Below are positions 22,975 to 36,339 of a stretch of DNA of 64,000 bases, one piece after another. The stretch lies in contig NC_086097.1 of NCBI RefSeq assembly GCF_963921235.1, forward strand, positions 123,196,001 to 123,260,000, in the 5' to 3' direction. The notes beneath the pieces were generated by a model. That model ran no database searches, had not been told where the DNA came from, and was given only the letters and a program-made list of their open reading frames with translations. The stretch comes from Mobula hypostoma (taxonomy: Eukaryota). Position numbers and translations under genes: made by a program. Numbering within the stretch: position 1 is the stretch's first letter; every line of letters starts with the position of its first letter.

Positions 22975-24496
22975 CACCACCAGGTCTGGTTCATTGGTGA
23001 GACTGATGGTGCAGGAGCTGAGTGACCTCGGTTGTTACATGAACCAGGCCCTCATGCTGTAGTGGCGTCTTTACAGCCACCTGGGGAAGAGGTGCTGGAG
23101 GCAATATGGAAGAGAACACAGGCATGATGGATGCACTGGAATCCGTGCTGGGTTGTGGGCTGGCCTCTGCAGGCCGTCTTCCTGTCGGTGACGCTCTCCA
23201 GTGTTCGTTCCCTGAAAGACAAGCTGCTTGCAACACTGTGTGTCCGACAGAGTGATCAGCAGCACTGGGGCTCCACAGGGGACTGTCTTGTCTCCCTTTC
23301 TCTTCACCATTTACACCTCGGACTTCAACTACTGCACAGAGTCTTGTCATCTTCAGAAGTTTTCGGATGACTCTGTCATAGTTGGATGCATCAGCAAGGG
23401 AGATGAGGTGGAGTACAGGGCTACGGTAGGAAAATTTGTCACATGGTGTGAGCAGAATTATCTGCAGCTTAATGTGAAAAAGACTAAGGACTAGTGGTAG
23501 ACCTGAGGAGTGCTAAGGTACCGGTGACCCCTGTTTCCATCCAGGGGGTCAATGTGGACATGGTGGAGGATTACAAATACCTGGGGATACGAATTGACAA
23601 TAAACTGGACTGGTCAAAGAACACTGAGGCTGTCTACAAGAAGGGTCAGAGCCATCTCTATTTCCTGAGGAGACTGAGGTCCTTTAACATCTGCCGGATG
23701 ACGCTGAGGATGTTCTACGAGTCTGTGGTGGCCAGTGCTATCATGTTTGCTGTTGTGTGCTGGGGCAGCAGGCTGAAGGTAGCAGACATCAACAGAATCA
23801 ACAAACTCATTCGTAAGACCAGTGATGTGGGGATGGAGCTGGACTCTGTCACGGTGGTGTCTGAAAAGAGGATGCTGTCTAAGTTGCATGCCATCTTGGT
23901 CAACGTCTCCCATCCACTACAAAATGTACTGGGTGGGCACAGGAGTACATTCAGCCAGAGACTCATTCCACCGAGATGCAGCACAGAGCGTCATAGGAAG
24001 TCATTCCTGCCTGTGGCCATCAAACTTTACAACTCCTCCCTTGGAGGGTCAGACACCCTGAGCCAAAGGGCTGGTCCTGGACTTATTTCATAATTTACTG
24101 GCATAATTTACATATTACTATTTAACTATTTATGGTTCTATTACCATTTATTATTTATGGTGCAACTGTAACGAAAACCAATTTCCCCCAGGATCAATAA
24201 AGTATGACTATGACTATGACTATGATTGCCTTCAACTGCGACTGACCCCGTGCAGGATGAGGAACTGTTGCATGCTTGTTCTTGCAGAAATGTGGCTCCA
24301 GGACAACATCCCATTCACGAACGATCTCCAGGCCATACTACACAGGGACTTGCGCTAAGGTTGTTTTGTGACTGCATGCGCATGTGCTGTGTGCTGTATT
24401 TACTGTGTTTTGCACCTTGGCCCTGGAGAAACATTCTTTCATTTAGCTGTATACATGTGCATGGTTGAATGACAGTTAAAATTGAACTTGAACTTG
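22975..24496 (+). mobile_element. Internally deleted Rex-type LINE derivative (5' end, endonuclease start, 3' UTR) hosting a Rex1 insertion
   Basis: Removing 23227-24223 restores SSVRSLKDKL-DCLQLRLTPCRMRNCCMLVLAEMWLQDNIP (endonuclease N-terminus); a 3' UTR with (GAACTT)n tail follows directly. Confidence 0.7.
23227..24223 (+). mobile_element. Rex1 LINE, 5'-truncated, young
   Basis: SSTGAPQGTVLSPFLFTIYTSDF...KFSDDS...LNVKKTK; YKYLG...FLRRLRSF...SFLPVAIKLYNS; aataaa followed by (TATGAC)n tail. Confidence 0.92.
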
Positions 24497-24689
24497 CTAC
24501 CCTTACAACGGAAAGAAGTGAGACAGTTTCCAAGACAACCTGGCACTCTGTGGCTCTCATCTCTAAATGTGGTGAGAACCAAGTGCATGGATGGATCATA
24601 GAAACGTATCCAACACACAAAGGGGTGTACATGTTACCTGGGAGAGCAAAAGCTGAAATTGCAGTGCCACGAGTCTCTCTCACATGCGC

Positions 24690-24915
24690 TGTGACCAGCT
24701 GTCTGTGAGGAGATTATACATTGTCCCCATGACTGCGTGTGTTTCGTCCGAGTGCTTGTTTCCTCCCACATTCCACAGAGGTACGGTTGGGGTTAGTGAG
24801 TTGTGGCCGTGCCCAGCACAATCCTCGCCGGTTTGACACAAATGTCGCATTTCACTGAATGTTTCGATATTTCGACGTACATGTGACAAAGAAAGCTAAC
24901 CTTTTAATCTTTAAT
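24690..24915 (+). mobile_element. V-domain SINE (5'-truncated)
   Basis: V core and acatgtgacaaagaaagctaac tail. Confidence 0.75.
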
Positions 24916-25679
24916 ACCATGTCCTAAACATGATCTGAACTGCCTGATCTCCAAGCAGTATGTTCTGTTCCTTGAACCTGACAAGCCTTATCCTGCTGAC
25001 CTGTCAGGAAGGTAAAGAGAAACACTATTGCATGGTATGTCACAACAGATGGATCGATATGGGAAAGCACACAAAATGCTGGAAGAACTCAGCATGTCGG
25101 GTAGCATCTAAGGAGGGAGATGACAGTCATTGTTCTGGGTTGAGAGCCTTCATCTGGATTCAGGCCAAATTTGTCACTGCAGCTGGCTATTGACATATAA
25201 ATCACTTCTAATGTTGAATATTATATATGCTTCAGGAACAGTGCATGCAGCCATATTCTGCAAACTCTCTTTGTGTTTTGAACATGTTGCCTTAATCAGC
25301 TATTTAAAGCTTTTTATTACTCCTACAAATGCTTACTTCTGTACAGGTCAGCTATTAATGATGGCACCGGTTCCAATAAATGTAGGCATTATAAGTGAGA
25401 GATAGTCTGTTCACAATGCCATTACTGTTGTTCATTTCAGATAAATGCAGAGAAATTGTGTTCATTTCTGCTATTTACTCATTCAAAATTATTTTATTCG
25501 TGTTAAAATTCCATCAGCACTCATTCTTGGATGAATTAACAACCATGAGGAAATTGCCCCTGAAGTGTGTCCAGTATCAGTTCGGTAGATAACATCATCT
25601 GGGTACATAGCAACTGGATTTAATGGCTATTGAATGTATGAACTATGACATATGTTTATTATTCATATAAAAATCTCTT

Positions 25680-26130
25680 TGGCCTCCTGCCGTCAGGCTG
25701 AAGGATTGGCAACTTAAGAATCAGAACTGTAAAGCTGGACAATAGCTTCTTCCCCCAGGCTGTTTAGACTTGCTGCCACCTAGCACACAGGTACAAAAGA
25801 CCCCCAACCCCACCCCCTCCTGCCCCCCCAACTCACAGGCACACTCTCATCCTGCACTGGTCACGTTTCATCTTTTATTGCTGCTGCTTCACATATTTAT
25901 ACAACTGCTTGCTTTATTCTAATAGTGCCAGTAACATTACACTATCTTAGATAAACATGCACCTCACACTTTATGTCAACCTGTCAGCCTTCAGCCCGCG
26001 CCACTCAGGGACTTGTGCTGATATTATTTTGTGACTGTTTGCGCTGGATTGTAACTATATGTGCTGTGTGTGAGTATGTACTGTGTTTTACACCTTGGCC
26101 CCAGAGGAGCGATGTTTCATTTAGCGGAAT
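25680..26130 (+). mobile_element. Rex-type LINE 3' end
   Basis: LLPSG...NSFFPQAV remnant; 3' UTR similar to 24340-24450. Confidence 0.65.
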
Positions 26131-26134
26131 GCAT

Positions 26135-26355
26135 TTATTTACTTATTCGTTGAGGTACCGCGCGGAATAGGCTCTTCCGGCCCTTCGAGCCATGCCACCC
26201 AGCAATCCCCCAAATTAATCTGAGCCTAATCACGTGACAATTTACAATGACTAATTAACCTACCAACCGGTTTGTCTTCGGACTGTGGGAGGGAACCAGA
26301 GCACCTCGCGCGCGGTCATGGCGAGAGCATGCAAACTCCTTACAGGCAGTGGCAT
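26135..26355 (-). mobile_element. V-domain SINE (CR1-like tail subfamily)
   Basis: ggactgtgggagggaaccagagcacc reverse core; same subfamily as 30320-30600 and 55755-56025. Confidence 0.75.
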
Positions 26356-27789
26356 ACATGTGTACCGTTGAGCGACAATAACCCAGAACAAACGTCTCAG
26401 CACAGCAGCAAAGAGAAATTACTTAGACAGTCCCCGCCGTCCTGTCGATGTATTGCGCTCTGCATTTACCACCCTCACTCAGCGTTGTCTCTGGTTTCAT
26501 TACTTATTGCCATGTTTCCACAATATTCACAGAAGAGCTACAGGCCGTGATCTCTGCCAGAGTGCTGAGTCTGTGCTGTGCCACCGTGTAAGTCACACAC
26601 AGCACAGGACTCGATTTCTGGAGGCGATCGTGATGCTGATTAGAGGAGGGGGCCCTGAACAGACATTGTAAACAAAGTCCCCCTCCCCTTCTCCTATCAT
26701 CCATGGCAGACTTTTCTGCACTTGGTAACCGCTGTGCAGAGAGGGTCTCTGAGGCTTTTATTCAATCCCCATCCTTCACACGATATGACAGCTGCCTTCA
26801 GGGACCGTGCAGCTAACCATTTGATGCATAGTTCAGGGTGAAAATCACCTGAATTATTTTTTTTTACTTTTCTTTGCCAACTTCAACAATTTTTTTTTGC
26901 AGGTCATCCAAATGGTGCAGAATTTCGTTCAGCACATCAAAAAGGATGAATTCCGATTTCTAAATATCTAACTGCTAAATCTGAATTTCATATCTTCAAG
27001 TACCCTGTTGTGCTGTCTGATTGTGGTTAGATTCCTGCCACTGTGAGTTTCTATTCAAAAATACACCAAGCATGTTCTAAAGATCAATACCTACACATTC
27101 TGCATTTTGACAAGCCAAGGGGCTTGCTAAGAGACACAACCATATTTGTCTGACTGAGTAACAAAGCTAAATTGCCTTCCTTAATAAAAATCAGGAAAGC
27201 AATTAGGTTTTGTGGTAATTCAACAGCTTTGCTGTTATCATCAGTTTCTTGTATGCTGCAGACTGAAATGTGCAGAGTAATATTTGACTTCACAAGTTGA
27301 TTAACATTAGTTAACTGGATTTCTGTTGGTAATACTTTGAAGGTTGTTTTACAGAGACAACAGGATTACCAATCAAACCGAGGTGCTAATCACGGATTAC
27401 AGGAGACTTGCGAAGAAAATATCTTCACTTCAAAGTAAAATTTCTCATATTTGGAACTAGCTTTCTCCTCAGGTAATTAGTTCGGAAGATAAAGATTAGT
27501 ATTGTATTACAGATAACAAATATTGGATCAAAGCTCAATGAAACTGCAGAACATATTTCATTTAAGTATATTTGTGTTCTTGGTTCACAAGATCAGATTA
27601 TTGTTTCTTCAGCTATGATATCATACACTAACAACCTTTGCTTCTGAAATGTAACTCAACTGATTGCCAGTGCAGTCATATCTGAGCAAGTACAAGGCCA
27701 GCAAAGGAATAAGGTACACTTGTGTGTAATGTAAAAATAGCAGGATCTCCTACTTGTTTTCTCACACACAAACCTACTCAATTTATCAG

Positions 27790-28322
27790 GTATGCCTTTA
27801 CACCTTGCTTGTTAATGAAAATATGAGCCAATCATATGGAAGCAACTCAGTGCATAAAAGCATGCAAACATGGTCAAGAGGTTCAGTTGTTGTTCAGGCT
27901 GAACATCAGAATGGGGAAGAAATGTGATCTATATGGCTTTGACTGTGGAATGATTGTTGCTGCCAGACAGGATGGTTTGAGTATCTCAGAAGCTGCTGAT
28001 CTCCTGAGCTTTTAACACATAACTGTCTCTACAGAGTTTACAGAGAAAGGTGCGAAAACAAAGAAACATCCAGTGAGCAGAGTTCTGTGGGCAGAAATGT
28101 CTCGTTAATGAGAGAGGTCAGAGAAGAATGGCCAGACTGGTTTAAACTGACAGGAAGATGAGAGTAACTCAAAGAATCACATGTTATGACAGTGGTGTGC
28201 AGAAGGGAATTCCTGTACACACAACGTGTCAAACCTTGAAGCAGATGGGCTACAGCAGCGGAAAACCTTGAACACACACTCAATGGCCACTTTATTAGGT
28301 ATGGGAGTGGCCACTGAGCGTA
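27790..28322 (+). mobile_element. Non-autonomous Tc1-family element
   Basis: ATG GGG AAG AAA TGT GAT CTA (MGKKCDL) at 27911; ends gtggccactgagcgta. Confidence 0.85.
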
Positions 28323-28994
28323 ATTTCAGAAGCAGTCTAATGAACACATGCACATCCTACAGAAGACATTTCTACCCCAAAGTGCATTTTTTCTAATTTA
28401 CCATGTAATCATAAATGTTGTCCTAGCATTAACCCACTACCCTATCCTGTGTTTTCTGCATTAAAACTGCTGGTCAGGTCTAACCTTGTAACATTTTGTA
28501 AAACAAAAATGCCCAGTTTTGCAAGTGAAGACCACGGTGAAATGTTACAGGGCTGCATTTTACAAGCCAGGATTCCTGGTGGGAAACTTATTTGACAGGA
28601 AGAAAGATTGGACTAGCATGCACATAAATCAGTTTGTCTGATTGGCTGCCCTCCAACTCTAGCCCTCTAGAGTTGACCAAAGCTGGAAGCATTCGATTTG
28701 TAAAGTTTACCCAAGACAAACTGCTCCTGTGAAAGAATTTAGAGGCTTTAAAAGAAAAGCTATCACATGGTGTTTTGAATTGGACTCCTCCTGAATCTCC
28801 AAAAGATTATGATAATCCTAATTTACATGAAAGAGAAAAAAAAATGTATAATATTTGTTATTGAAACCAAACTGTGAAACTAATGGTACTCTATGATTTT
28901 TGGATGAAGTCATTAGTTATGATCTCTTTTCTGGATTATGTAAGGTAATGTGCATTGAAATAGAAAATAAATGTAACCGAATAAAATTTCTTAC

Positions 28995-29312
28995 AGTATT
29001 TAGGACCAGAGGGCACAGCCTCAGATTAGAAAGATGTTGCTTTAGAACAGAAATGAGGTGGAATTTCCTTAGCTAGTAAAAGGTGAAATTATGGAATTTG
29101 TTGCCACAGACGCACATGTAGGCCAAGTCATTGGGTACATTTGAAGCGGAGGCTGATAGGTCTTGATTAGTAAGGGTGTCAAAGGTAAAGGGGAGCAGGC
29201 AGGAGAAAGGAGTTGAGAGGGATAGTAAATCAACCATGATTTATTATGGTGGAGCACTTGATGGGCCAAATGGCCTAATTCTGCTTCTACAGTATGTCTG
29301 ATGGTCTTATGA
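28995..29312 (+). mobile_element. CR1 3' end
   Basis: aggaccagagggcacagcctcag...gggccaaatggcctaattctgct...atggtcttatg. Confidence 0.8.
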
Positions 29313-30319
29313 TACACCTGTACCAGGAATGAGATACTGTGGCTTATGATTGCCAGTGCCCCGCTGTCCTCTAAAGATGAGAACTGATCTTTTGCTTGCA
29401 GTTTTTCTATACTTACCCCATATGCCTTGATATCCTTAAATATCAGAGTGTTGTCTATTACTTCTTTCAATTTGCAGAAGACCCTACACAGCAATTGCTG
29501 TTTTTGTACCTGCCATATTATGTGATCTAGTCAGGTATTTATGTGAAATAATCCCTCAATTCCTGTGAATTGAGAGGCTGGCGTAGCTCCAGTGGGTCAC
29601 TATACACTCGAGATTAATATCCTTCATCAAAGTCACGAGTGACAGTGACTGCAGAGTCTTAGTCCTGGCCATGACAGCCTGTCTGAGCAGTACTGCAGAT
29701 GGGTTAAGGGAGCCGCAAAGGCTCGGATGTGTCACTGTCATGGATGTCATGGAATATAGCAGCATGCTGGAGCTGTTGCTGGGGTCATTTTTCTTCCTGG
29801 AGGCATACAAGACTGCTGATGCTGAAAACCGCTGGGGAACTCAGCAGGTCGAGTGGCATCTGTGGAAGGAAAGGAATCATCAACTTTTCAAACGTATTCA
29901 ATGTGATGCTGAGCTGCAGTCTCCATCAAGGTTGTGGCTCAGATTTAGTTCTTCTTTTCAGCTTCATAGGGATGGTTTCGGGTCAGATAGGGGAGCTAGG
30001 CATCAGGTTAGGGTTTAGAGACAGGAATGTTGGGGAAATTTGAGGTCAGGCCAGAGTCGAAGTCTCCACACCATGTTCAAAGATCAGTGGCATGGCTGTG
30101 GACCCTCTGTGGTCAGATGTCAGGCAGGCAGATGAGCGTTTATAAGGGCTGGTGGCAACCTCTCCACCAACCCCAGTTCAGTGAATTCAGTGAACTGTCA
30201 GTGTGTTGCAGAATTGGAGTGCTATGTAGACAGGAGGAATGAGATCCGATGACGTCCTAGATCCATAAATCAGTGAGAATGGAGTTTGAGGCCGACTGTT
30301 TGGGGCCCTGTCAATTGTC

Positions 30320-30945
30320 AATTTTATTTGCTGAGGCACAGCATGGAATAAGTCCTTCCGGCCCTTTGAGCCCTGCTGCCCAGCAATCCCCTGACTTACT
30401 CCAAGCCTAATCATGGGACAATTTACACAAGGCCCAATTAACCTAACGACCAGTACGTCTTTGGACTGTGGGAGGAAACCGGAGCACCCAGAGGAAACAT
30501 ACGCAGTCACAGGAAGAACGTACAAACTCCTTACAGGCGGTGATGGGAATTGATCCTGGGTTGCCCGTACTGTAAAGCGTTGTGCTAATCACTACGCTGC
30601 AGAGTCAGCGACTCCTGGGGTCTAGGCCGAGGATCAATCGGATGTTCGGAAGTTGAGGCCTGACGAGCAGAGCCTGAGTCTGAGTCTGCTGAAGACCGAA
30701 GACAGCCTGACTGAGGGATAGAGGACGGTTGTATGCGTGGCTGGGAGGGAGGAACTATTACTTTGTTGTTTGTTGTGTTCTGTGTCGTTCCATCGAACAT
30801 TGTGGGCATGCTGTGTTGGTGCCGGGATGTGCAGCGACACATGCGAGCTGCTCCAGCACTATTCCAGTGTGTTGGTTGTTAACACAAATGACACATTTCA
30901 CTGTATATTTCAATGTACACGTGAAAAGTCAACTTCAATTTGAAT
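30320..30945. mobile_element. V-SINE (minus, about 30320-30600) and adjacent SINE-tailed repeat (plus, about 30600-30945)
   Basis: Clear reverse V core at 30460-30500; the plus-strand tail is shared with 1715-1865. Confidence 0.75.
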
Positions 30946-31049
30946 CCTGAGACACTGCATCAGAACCAAGTGGGGGAAAGGTATCCAGTATAAACAGAAG
31001 AGACAGGGGTTCATAAGAGTTACAAAATACACGTGGACTAAGATGTTAA

Positions 31050-31730
31050 CTGTCCTGTGCTATCACCAGTGGGATCATCAGTTGATCTGCCACCTGTCTT
31101 CAGGAGTTTCGGCCCGCTTATGATCAAGACTCCCTCGAGGTGGTGGGCCAGCAGTGCTAAAGCACCACCTTCCACTGGTGAGCTTAAAAACTCGGCATCT
31201 GCCTCTATCAGAGTTGTTGGTCACTTCCATCCAACAGATAGTCTACTCTTCAGGTGTCTATGCAACTACTGAAGGGTTTGCAAGATATGTATACACTGTC
31301 TGACTATCTGCCCCTCTGGACATACTTGGTCCACACCCATGCTGATCCTTTCTCTGCTGCCTCAGCTACAGCCCTGCTGGTAGACTTGATCTTTCTTCTA
31401 GTGAAGCCAAGGTCACGCAGCCACTTCTGGAGAGTGAACGCAATAAACCCACGGCAGCCTACTTCGAATGGATAGCATGAGACCTTCCATCCTCTGTCTC
31501 TGCACTCTGATCTTAATTCTGCATACTTGGTTAACTTGCACTCATGGGCTTCATCGATGTTGTCTTCCCAGGGGACTGTGAGTTCACCAATAACCGCTCT
31601 TCTACTGGTGTCAGACCATACGATTATATCTGGATGCAATGTTGTGAAAGCTATTTGCTCCGGGAAACTGCCTTTCCCGTCCAGGTCGGCCTTGATACAC
31701 CAATCATTGGCTGAAGAAAGTATGCTTGAT
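31050..31730 (-). mobile_element. HERO-clade (R2-superfamily, restriction-like endonuclease) non-LTR retrotransposon, 3' fragment
   Basis: Open frame 31304 to about 31730: W..KADL..TTLHPDIIVWS..IGELTVPWED..AHE.KLTKY..L..GW..PFEVGCRGF..AAEKGSAWVW, the PD-(D/E)xK-type RLE signature recalled for HERO elements; stop followed by a 3' UTR of about 250 nt. Confidence 0.88.
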
Positions 31731-32039
31731 AGATAGAACTGGGAGGGTGAATAATGATGATTTTTCAGAGTTGGATGGTGGGGGGGGGCAAGTTGAGACA
31801 CGGAATGAGGACTGAGAGAGGAGGAAAGGTATCCAACATAAAGAGGAGAGGGGGAGGAGAGGCGGAAAAGAGGGGAAAAGGAGGAAACAGGGACTAATAA
31901 GTGATAGATGGAACTGGGAGGGTAAGTAACAATGGTTATATAGGTTGCTGGCAGATGAGAACCACAGGCTGGTAGGTGATTGGTGAAAACAGATAAGAGG
32001 TTGTTTTCTAATTTCTCAGCAAAGATAAAGTAAATAAAA

Positions 32040-32595
32040 AACTCTGAGAAGGTTAACTTTCATGGATTAGACACACTTGGAATATTGTATTCAGTTCCAG
32101 ACATCTCATTATAAGAAGGATATAGAAACTTCAGAGAGAGTGCAGAGGAAATTTACCAGGACGCTGCCTGGATTAGAGAGCATGAACTCTGAGGACAGGT
32201 TGAACGAGGCAAGGTTTTACTCTTTGGAGTGATGGAGGATGACAGCTGACTTGTTAGAGCTGTACAAGATGATAAGAGACATGGATAAAGTGGATAACCA
32301 AAGACTTTTTCCCTAGGGAGAAAAACCTAATGTGAGTGGGCATAATTTTAAGGTGATTGGAGGAACGTACTGTGGGAAGGTCAGAGGTAAATATTTTACA
32401 CAGAATGAGGTGGATGCAAGGAAATCCCTGCCAGTGATGATGGTAAAGGCAGATACATTAGAGGCATTAAGAGACTCTTAGTTATTAACTACAATGACAG
32501 TTCAGTATGTGGATGATAGGAAAATGGAGGGACGGATTAGATTAATCTTAGAGTAGTTTAAAAGAGTCTGTACTGTGCTGTAATGTTCTATGGTT
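32040..32595 (+). mobile_element. CR1 3' fragment, decayed
   Basis: HLEYCIQF...ERVQRKFTRTLPGLES remnant; tgttctatgg tail. Confidence 0.8.
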
Positions 32596-33789
32596 CTTCT
32601 GACTAGACTGAGTTAGATTTCCTTAACACTTTCTCGACTAAAACCTACAATGATTAGCTTCTGGCATCTGCAGGTGGGAAACAACTTGGGGAACTTGGAG
32701 AGCAAATTTACTGCGTTTCTGAGAGGTAGAGGTGGGTTAAGATCAACCGTGATGTTCCATCACAGGGTGGAAACATAAAAACAATCACAGTGTTCCTGGA
32801 ACTCTCTCATTAACACACGGCCTAGACATGCACAGAAATACCAAGTTGACAGGGAAATGGGAAATAAACGAAGTTTTAGACTTTGGATTGATTCTATTTG
32901 GTCTACTGTGAATGACTGCAAGAAAATGAATTTGGGTTAGTTATTATAAGGGTAGTATATAGTGATGTATACGTACTTTGATAATAAATTTACTTTGAAC
33001 TTTGAACTTTTATTGTACTTTATCACGTCAAAGCAATGACCAAAAACACAAAACTAACCAGTTACATACTTCAAGGAAAGGTAGTCTCTGCAGCAATATA
33101 AAAATGTGGTAGTAAATGGAAAAAAACACATGGTTAATTTATTCTAGGGGTGTCGTTAGAGATTGGACTATTGCCCATGACACTTCTTGCAAATAGTGTC
33201 AGAGATTTCCTTTTATGCAGCTGATGGAATACAGCAAAACGAGTCAGGTATTTATCTCCCTGTGCCCGCATGTCCATTCAGTGAGGTGATGGCTTATCTG
33301 TGACCAGTTTCATACCCCTATCTTAACTTATATCCTTTGGTGCCTTTGTTACCAAATATTGATTAATCTCACATTTAAAATTAATAACAAGAAATTGCCA
33401 TTTATGATCCAATAACTTGTAAGGAATTGGATAGGTTTGCAGTGCTGTGTCATATACTTAGCATTTGCAATGTATAGCATTTATATCTTAAAATCTGTTG
33501 CTAATTCTTAACAAACCTTAATTTTACACTGTCAAAAGCCAAAGTAAATTTACTACCAAGATACATATATGGTATCATATATTACTTTGAGATTCATTTT
33601 CTTGCAGGCATTTACAGGAAAACAAAGAAATACAATAGAATTTATGAAAAACTATACATAACGACTGAAAAATAATATGCAAATAGATAAATAATACTGA
33701 AAACATGAGTTGTTGAGCCCTTGAACGTGTAGCCAAGCTGTCATGCTGTAATGACCCAGCTAGCAAAGGTAAGAACCATATAAGCATTT

Positions 33790-34200
33790 TTCACACCCCC
33801 CATTTTAAATCTATACCCTCTAAGTTTTAAGCATCCCTACCTGAGGAAATAGACTATGACCACCCACCATATATATGGCTTGACTACCATTCTGATCTTT
33901 CCCAATAGCTGCCAAATGTACTGTCTTGCAGTCACATCACATCTCACCTGCAGCAAAGATTGAAATATTCCCAACAGGGTCTCAGCATTCTTATTGCTTG
34001 CCCTTGATAGCAATCTGGGATACATCTCCTCAGACTCTGGGGATTTATCCACCTTTACTCTTCCTAAGATATTTAGTACCTCCTTTTTAATCTTAATATG
34101 CTTCAGAAGTTTACCTTTGCAACTGAGACCTCTGACTTCAATGTATTTCACTTTAATGAATACAGGTGAAAAATATTCAATGAAATCTTCACCCACATCT
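33790..34200 (-). mobile_element. Decayed CR1 ORF2 fragment
   Basis: VKVDKSPESEEMYPRLL corresponds to CR1 KVDKSPGPDxIYPRxL. Confidence 0.7.
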
Positions 34201-34319
34201 GGAGTCACAGAGTTCAACAGCACAAAAACACGCTCTTTGGCCCATCTAGTTCATGCAAAACTATTATTCTGCTTAGGGGATCAGCGAAGCGGTCGCCCAA
34301 TCTACACTGGGTCTCACTA

Positions 34320-35414
34320 ATATGGGATCCAGGGAAGTTTGGCCAGGTGGATTCAGAATTGGCTTGCCTGCAGAAGGCAGAAGATGGTGGTGGAGGGAGT
34401 ACATTCAGATTGGAGGGTTGTAACTAGTGGTGTCCCACAAGGATCTGTTCTGGGACCTCTGCTTTTCATGATTTTTATTAATGACCTGGATATGGGGGTA
34501 GAAGGGTGGGTTGGCAAGTTTGCAGACGACACAAAGGTTGGTGGTGTTGTATACGGTGTAGAGGATTGTCAAAGATTGCAGAGAGACATTGATAGGATGC
34601 AGAAGTGGGCTGAGAAGTGGCAGATGGAGTTCAACCCGGAGAAGTGTGAGGTGGTACACTTTGGAAGGACAAACTCCAAGGCAGAGTACAAAGTAAATGG
34701 CAGGATACTTGCTAGTGTGGAGGAGCAGAGGGATCTGGGGGTACATGTCCACAGATCCATGAAAGTTGCCTCACAGGTAGATAGGGTAGTTAAGAAAGCT
34801 TACGGGGTGTTAGCTTTCATAAGTCGAGGGACAGAGTTTAAGCGTCGTGATGTAATGATGCAGCTCTATAAAACTCTGGTTAGGCCACACTTGGAGTACT
34901 GTGTCCAGTTCTGGTCGCCTCACTATAGGAAGGATGTGGAAGCATTGGAAAGGGTACGGAGAAGATTTACCAGGATGCTGCCTGGTTTAGAGAGTATGGA
35001 TTATGATCAGATATTAAGGGAGCTAGGGCTTTACTCTTTGGAGAGAAGGAGGATGAGAGAAGACATGGTAGAGGTGCACAAGATAATAAGAGGAATAGAT
35101 AGAGGATAGCCAGTGCCTCTTCCCCAGGGCACCACTGCTCAATACAAGAGGACATGGCATTAAGGTAAGGGGTGGGAAGTTCAAGGGGGATATTAGAGGA
35201 AGGTTTTTCACTCAGAGAGTGGTTGGTGCGTGGAATGCACTGCCTGAGTCAGTGGTGGAGGCAGATACACTAGTGAAGTTTAAGAGACTACTAGACAGGT
35301 ATACGGAGGAATCTAAGGTGGGAGGTTATATGGGAGGCAGAGTTTGAGGGTTGGCACAACATTGTGGGTCGAAGGGCCTGTAATGTGCTGTACTATTCTA
35401 TGTTCTATGTTCTA
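34320..35414 (+). mobile_element. CR1 LINE, 5'-truncated, young (RT ORF 34339-35109)
   Basis: SGVPQGSVLGPLLF..KFADDTK..HLEYCVQFWSP; (TTCTATG)n tail ending at about 35414. Confidence 0.95.
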
Positions 35415-35850
35415 ATATACAGAAGGCCACACTGGGAGCACTGGATACAGTAGATGACCCCAACAACTGAAAGGATAAGTAACAGAAGGAAGATCAGTGG
35501 GAAGGTACGAAATGACATGGGAGTTGCATAGAGAGCGAGCCCTGTGGAAAGTGGGGGGGAGAGGGAAAGTTTTACTTAGTGGTGGGATCCTATTGGAGAT
35601 GGTAGAAGTTGCGGAGAATTATGTGCTGGATGTGGAGGCTAGTTGGGTGGTAGGTGAGGACAAGAGGAACCCTATCCCTGGTATGGTGGCGGGAGGATAG
35701 GGTGAAGGCAGACATGCGCGAAATGGAAGAGATTCGGGTGATGACAGCATTGATGGTGGAGGACATCTCAATAGTTCTGGAATGAAAAGCCTCATCCTGA
35801 GAGCAGATGCCATGGAGACGGAGGAATTAAGAGAAGGGGATGGTATTTTT
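35415..35850 (-). mobile_element. Penelope-like ORF fragment
   Basis: Reverse-complement similarity to 20480-20830 (LRLHGICSQDEAFHSRT). Confidence 0.75.
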
Positions 35851-36339
35851 AATATCCATCCACATTTTTAGATGCTGACTGACTGGCTCTGTATTTGCTG
35901 CATTTTCTGTTAACTTTAAAAGATAATAATCTCATCTTTTATAAGTAAGTTCTGTTTTCAGAAGATATTATTAAGATACAACAGACACTGCTCAAATAAA
36001 AGGATTCCTCCAAATGGATTTCACAATGCATAATTTAGTTTGAAATTTATCTCATTCTGAAAATGACTGGCAAGTAGCTCATTTCTGACATTCCAGTTTC
36101 TCCTCTCTGTGATTCATTGTCAGTTGGTGGTCCACAGTAGCAATTAAGCAGGCACTCCTCATGGGTAGGTCCAAGTAATAAACTTTCACAGACTATTCAG
36201 TATGGGGTGGGAACTTCATATGAAGATTAATATTGTACTCGCCTGTTAAAAATACACAGTCCCAGCAACACAACAATAGGCAAAAGATGTCCCTTTATTC
36301 CATGTCAAGGTAACAGTGAAATTCAGCCCATCATATCAT

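Noticed and set aside
29556..30242. Cluster of 70-115 aa ORFs in partly unique sequence
   Set aside because: No family motifs or convincing splice structure; includes a Penelope-like fragment at about 29810-29900.
34405..34752. Long antisense ORFs over CR1 RT (also 51285-51689, 12484-12978, 23614-23984)
   Set aside because: Shadow frames opposite retrotransposon ORFs.
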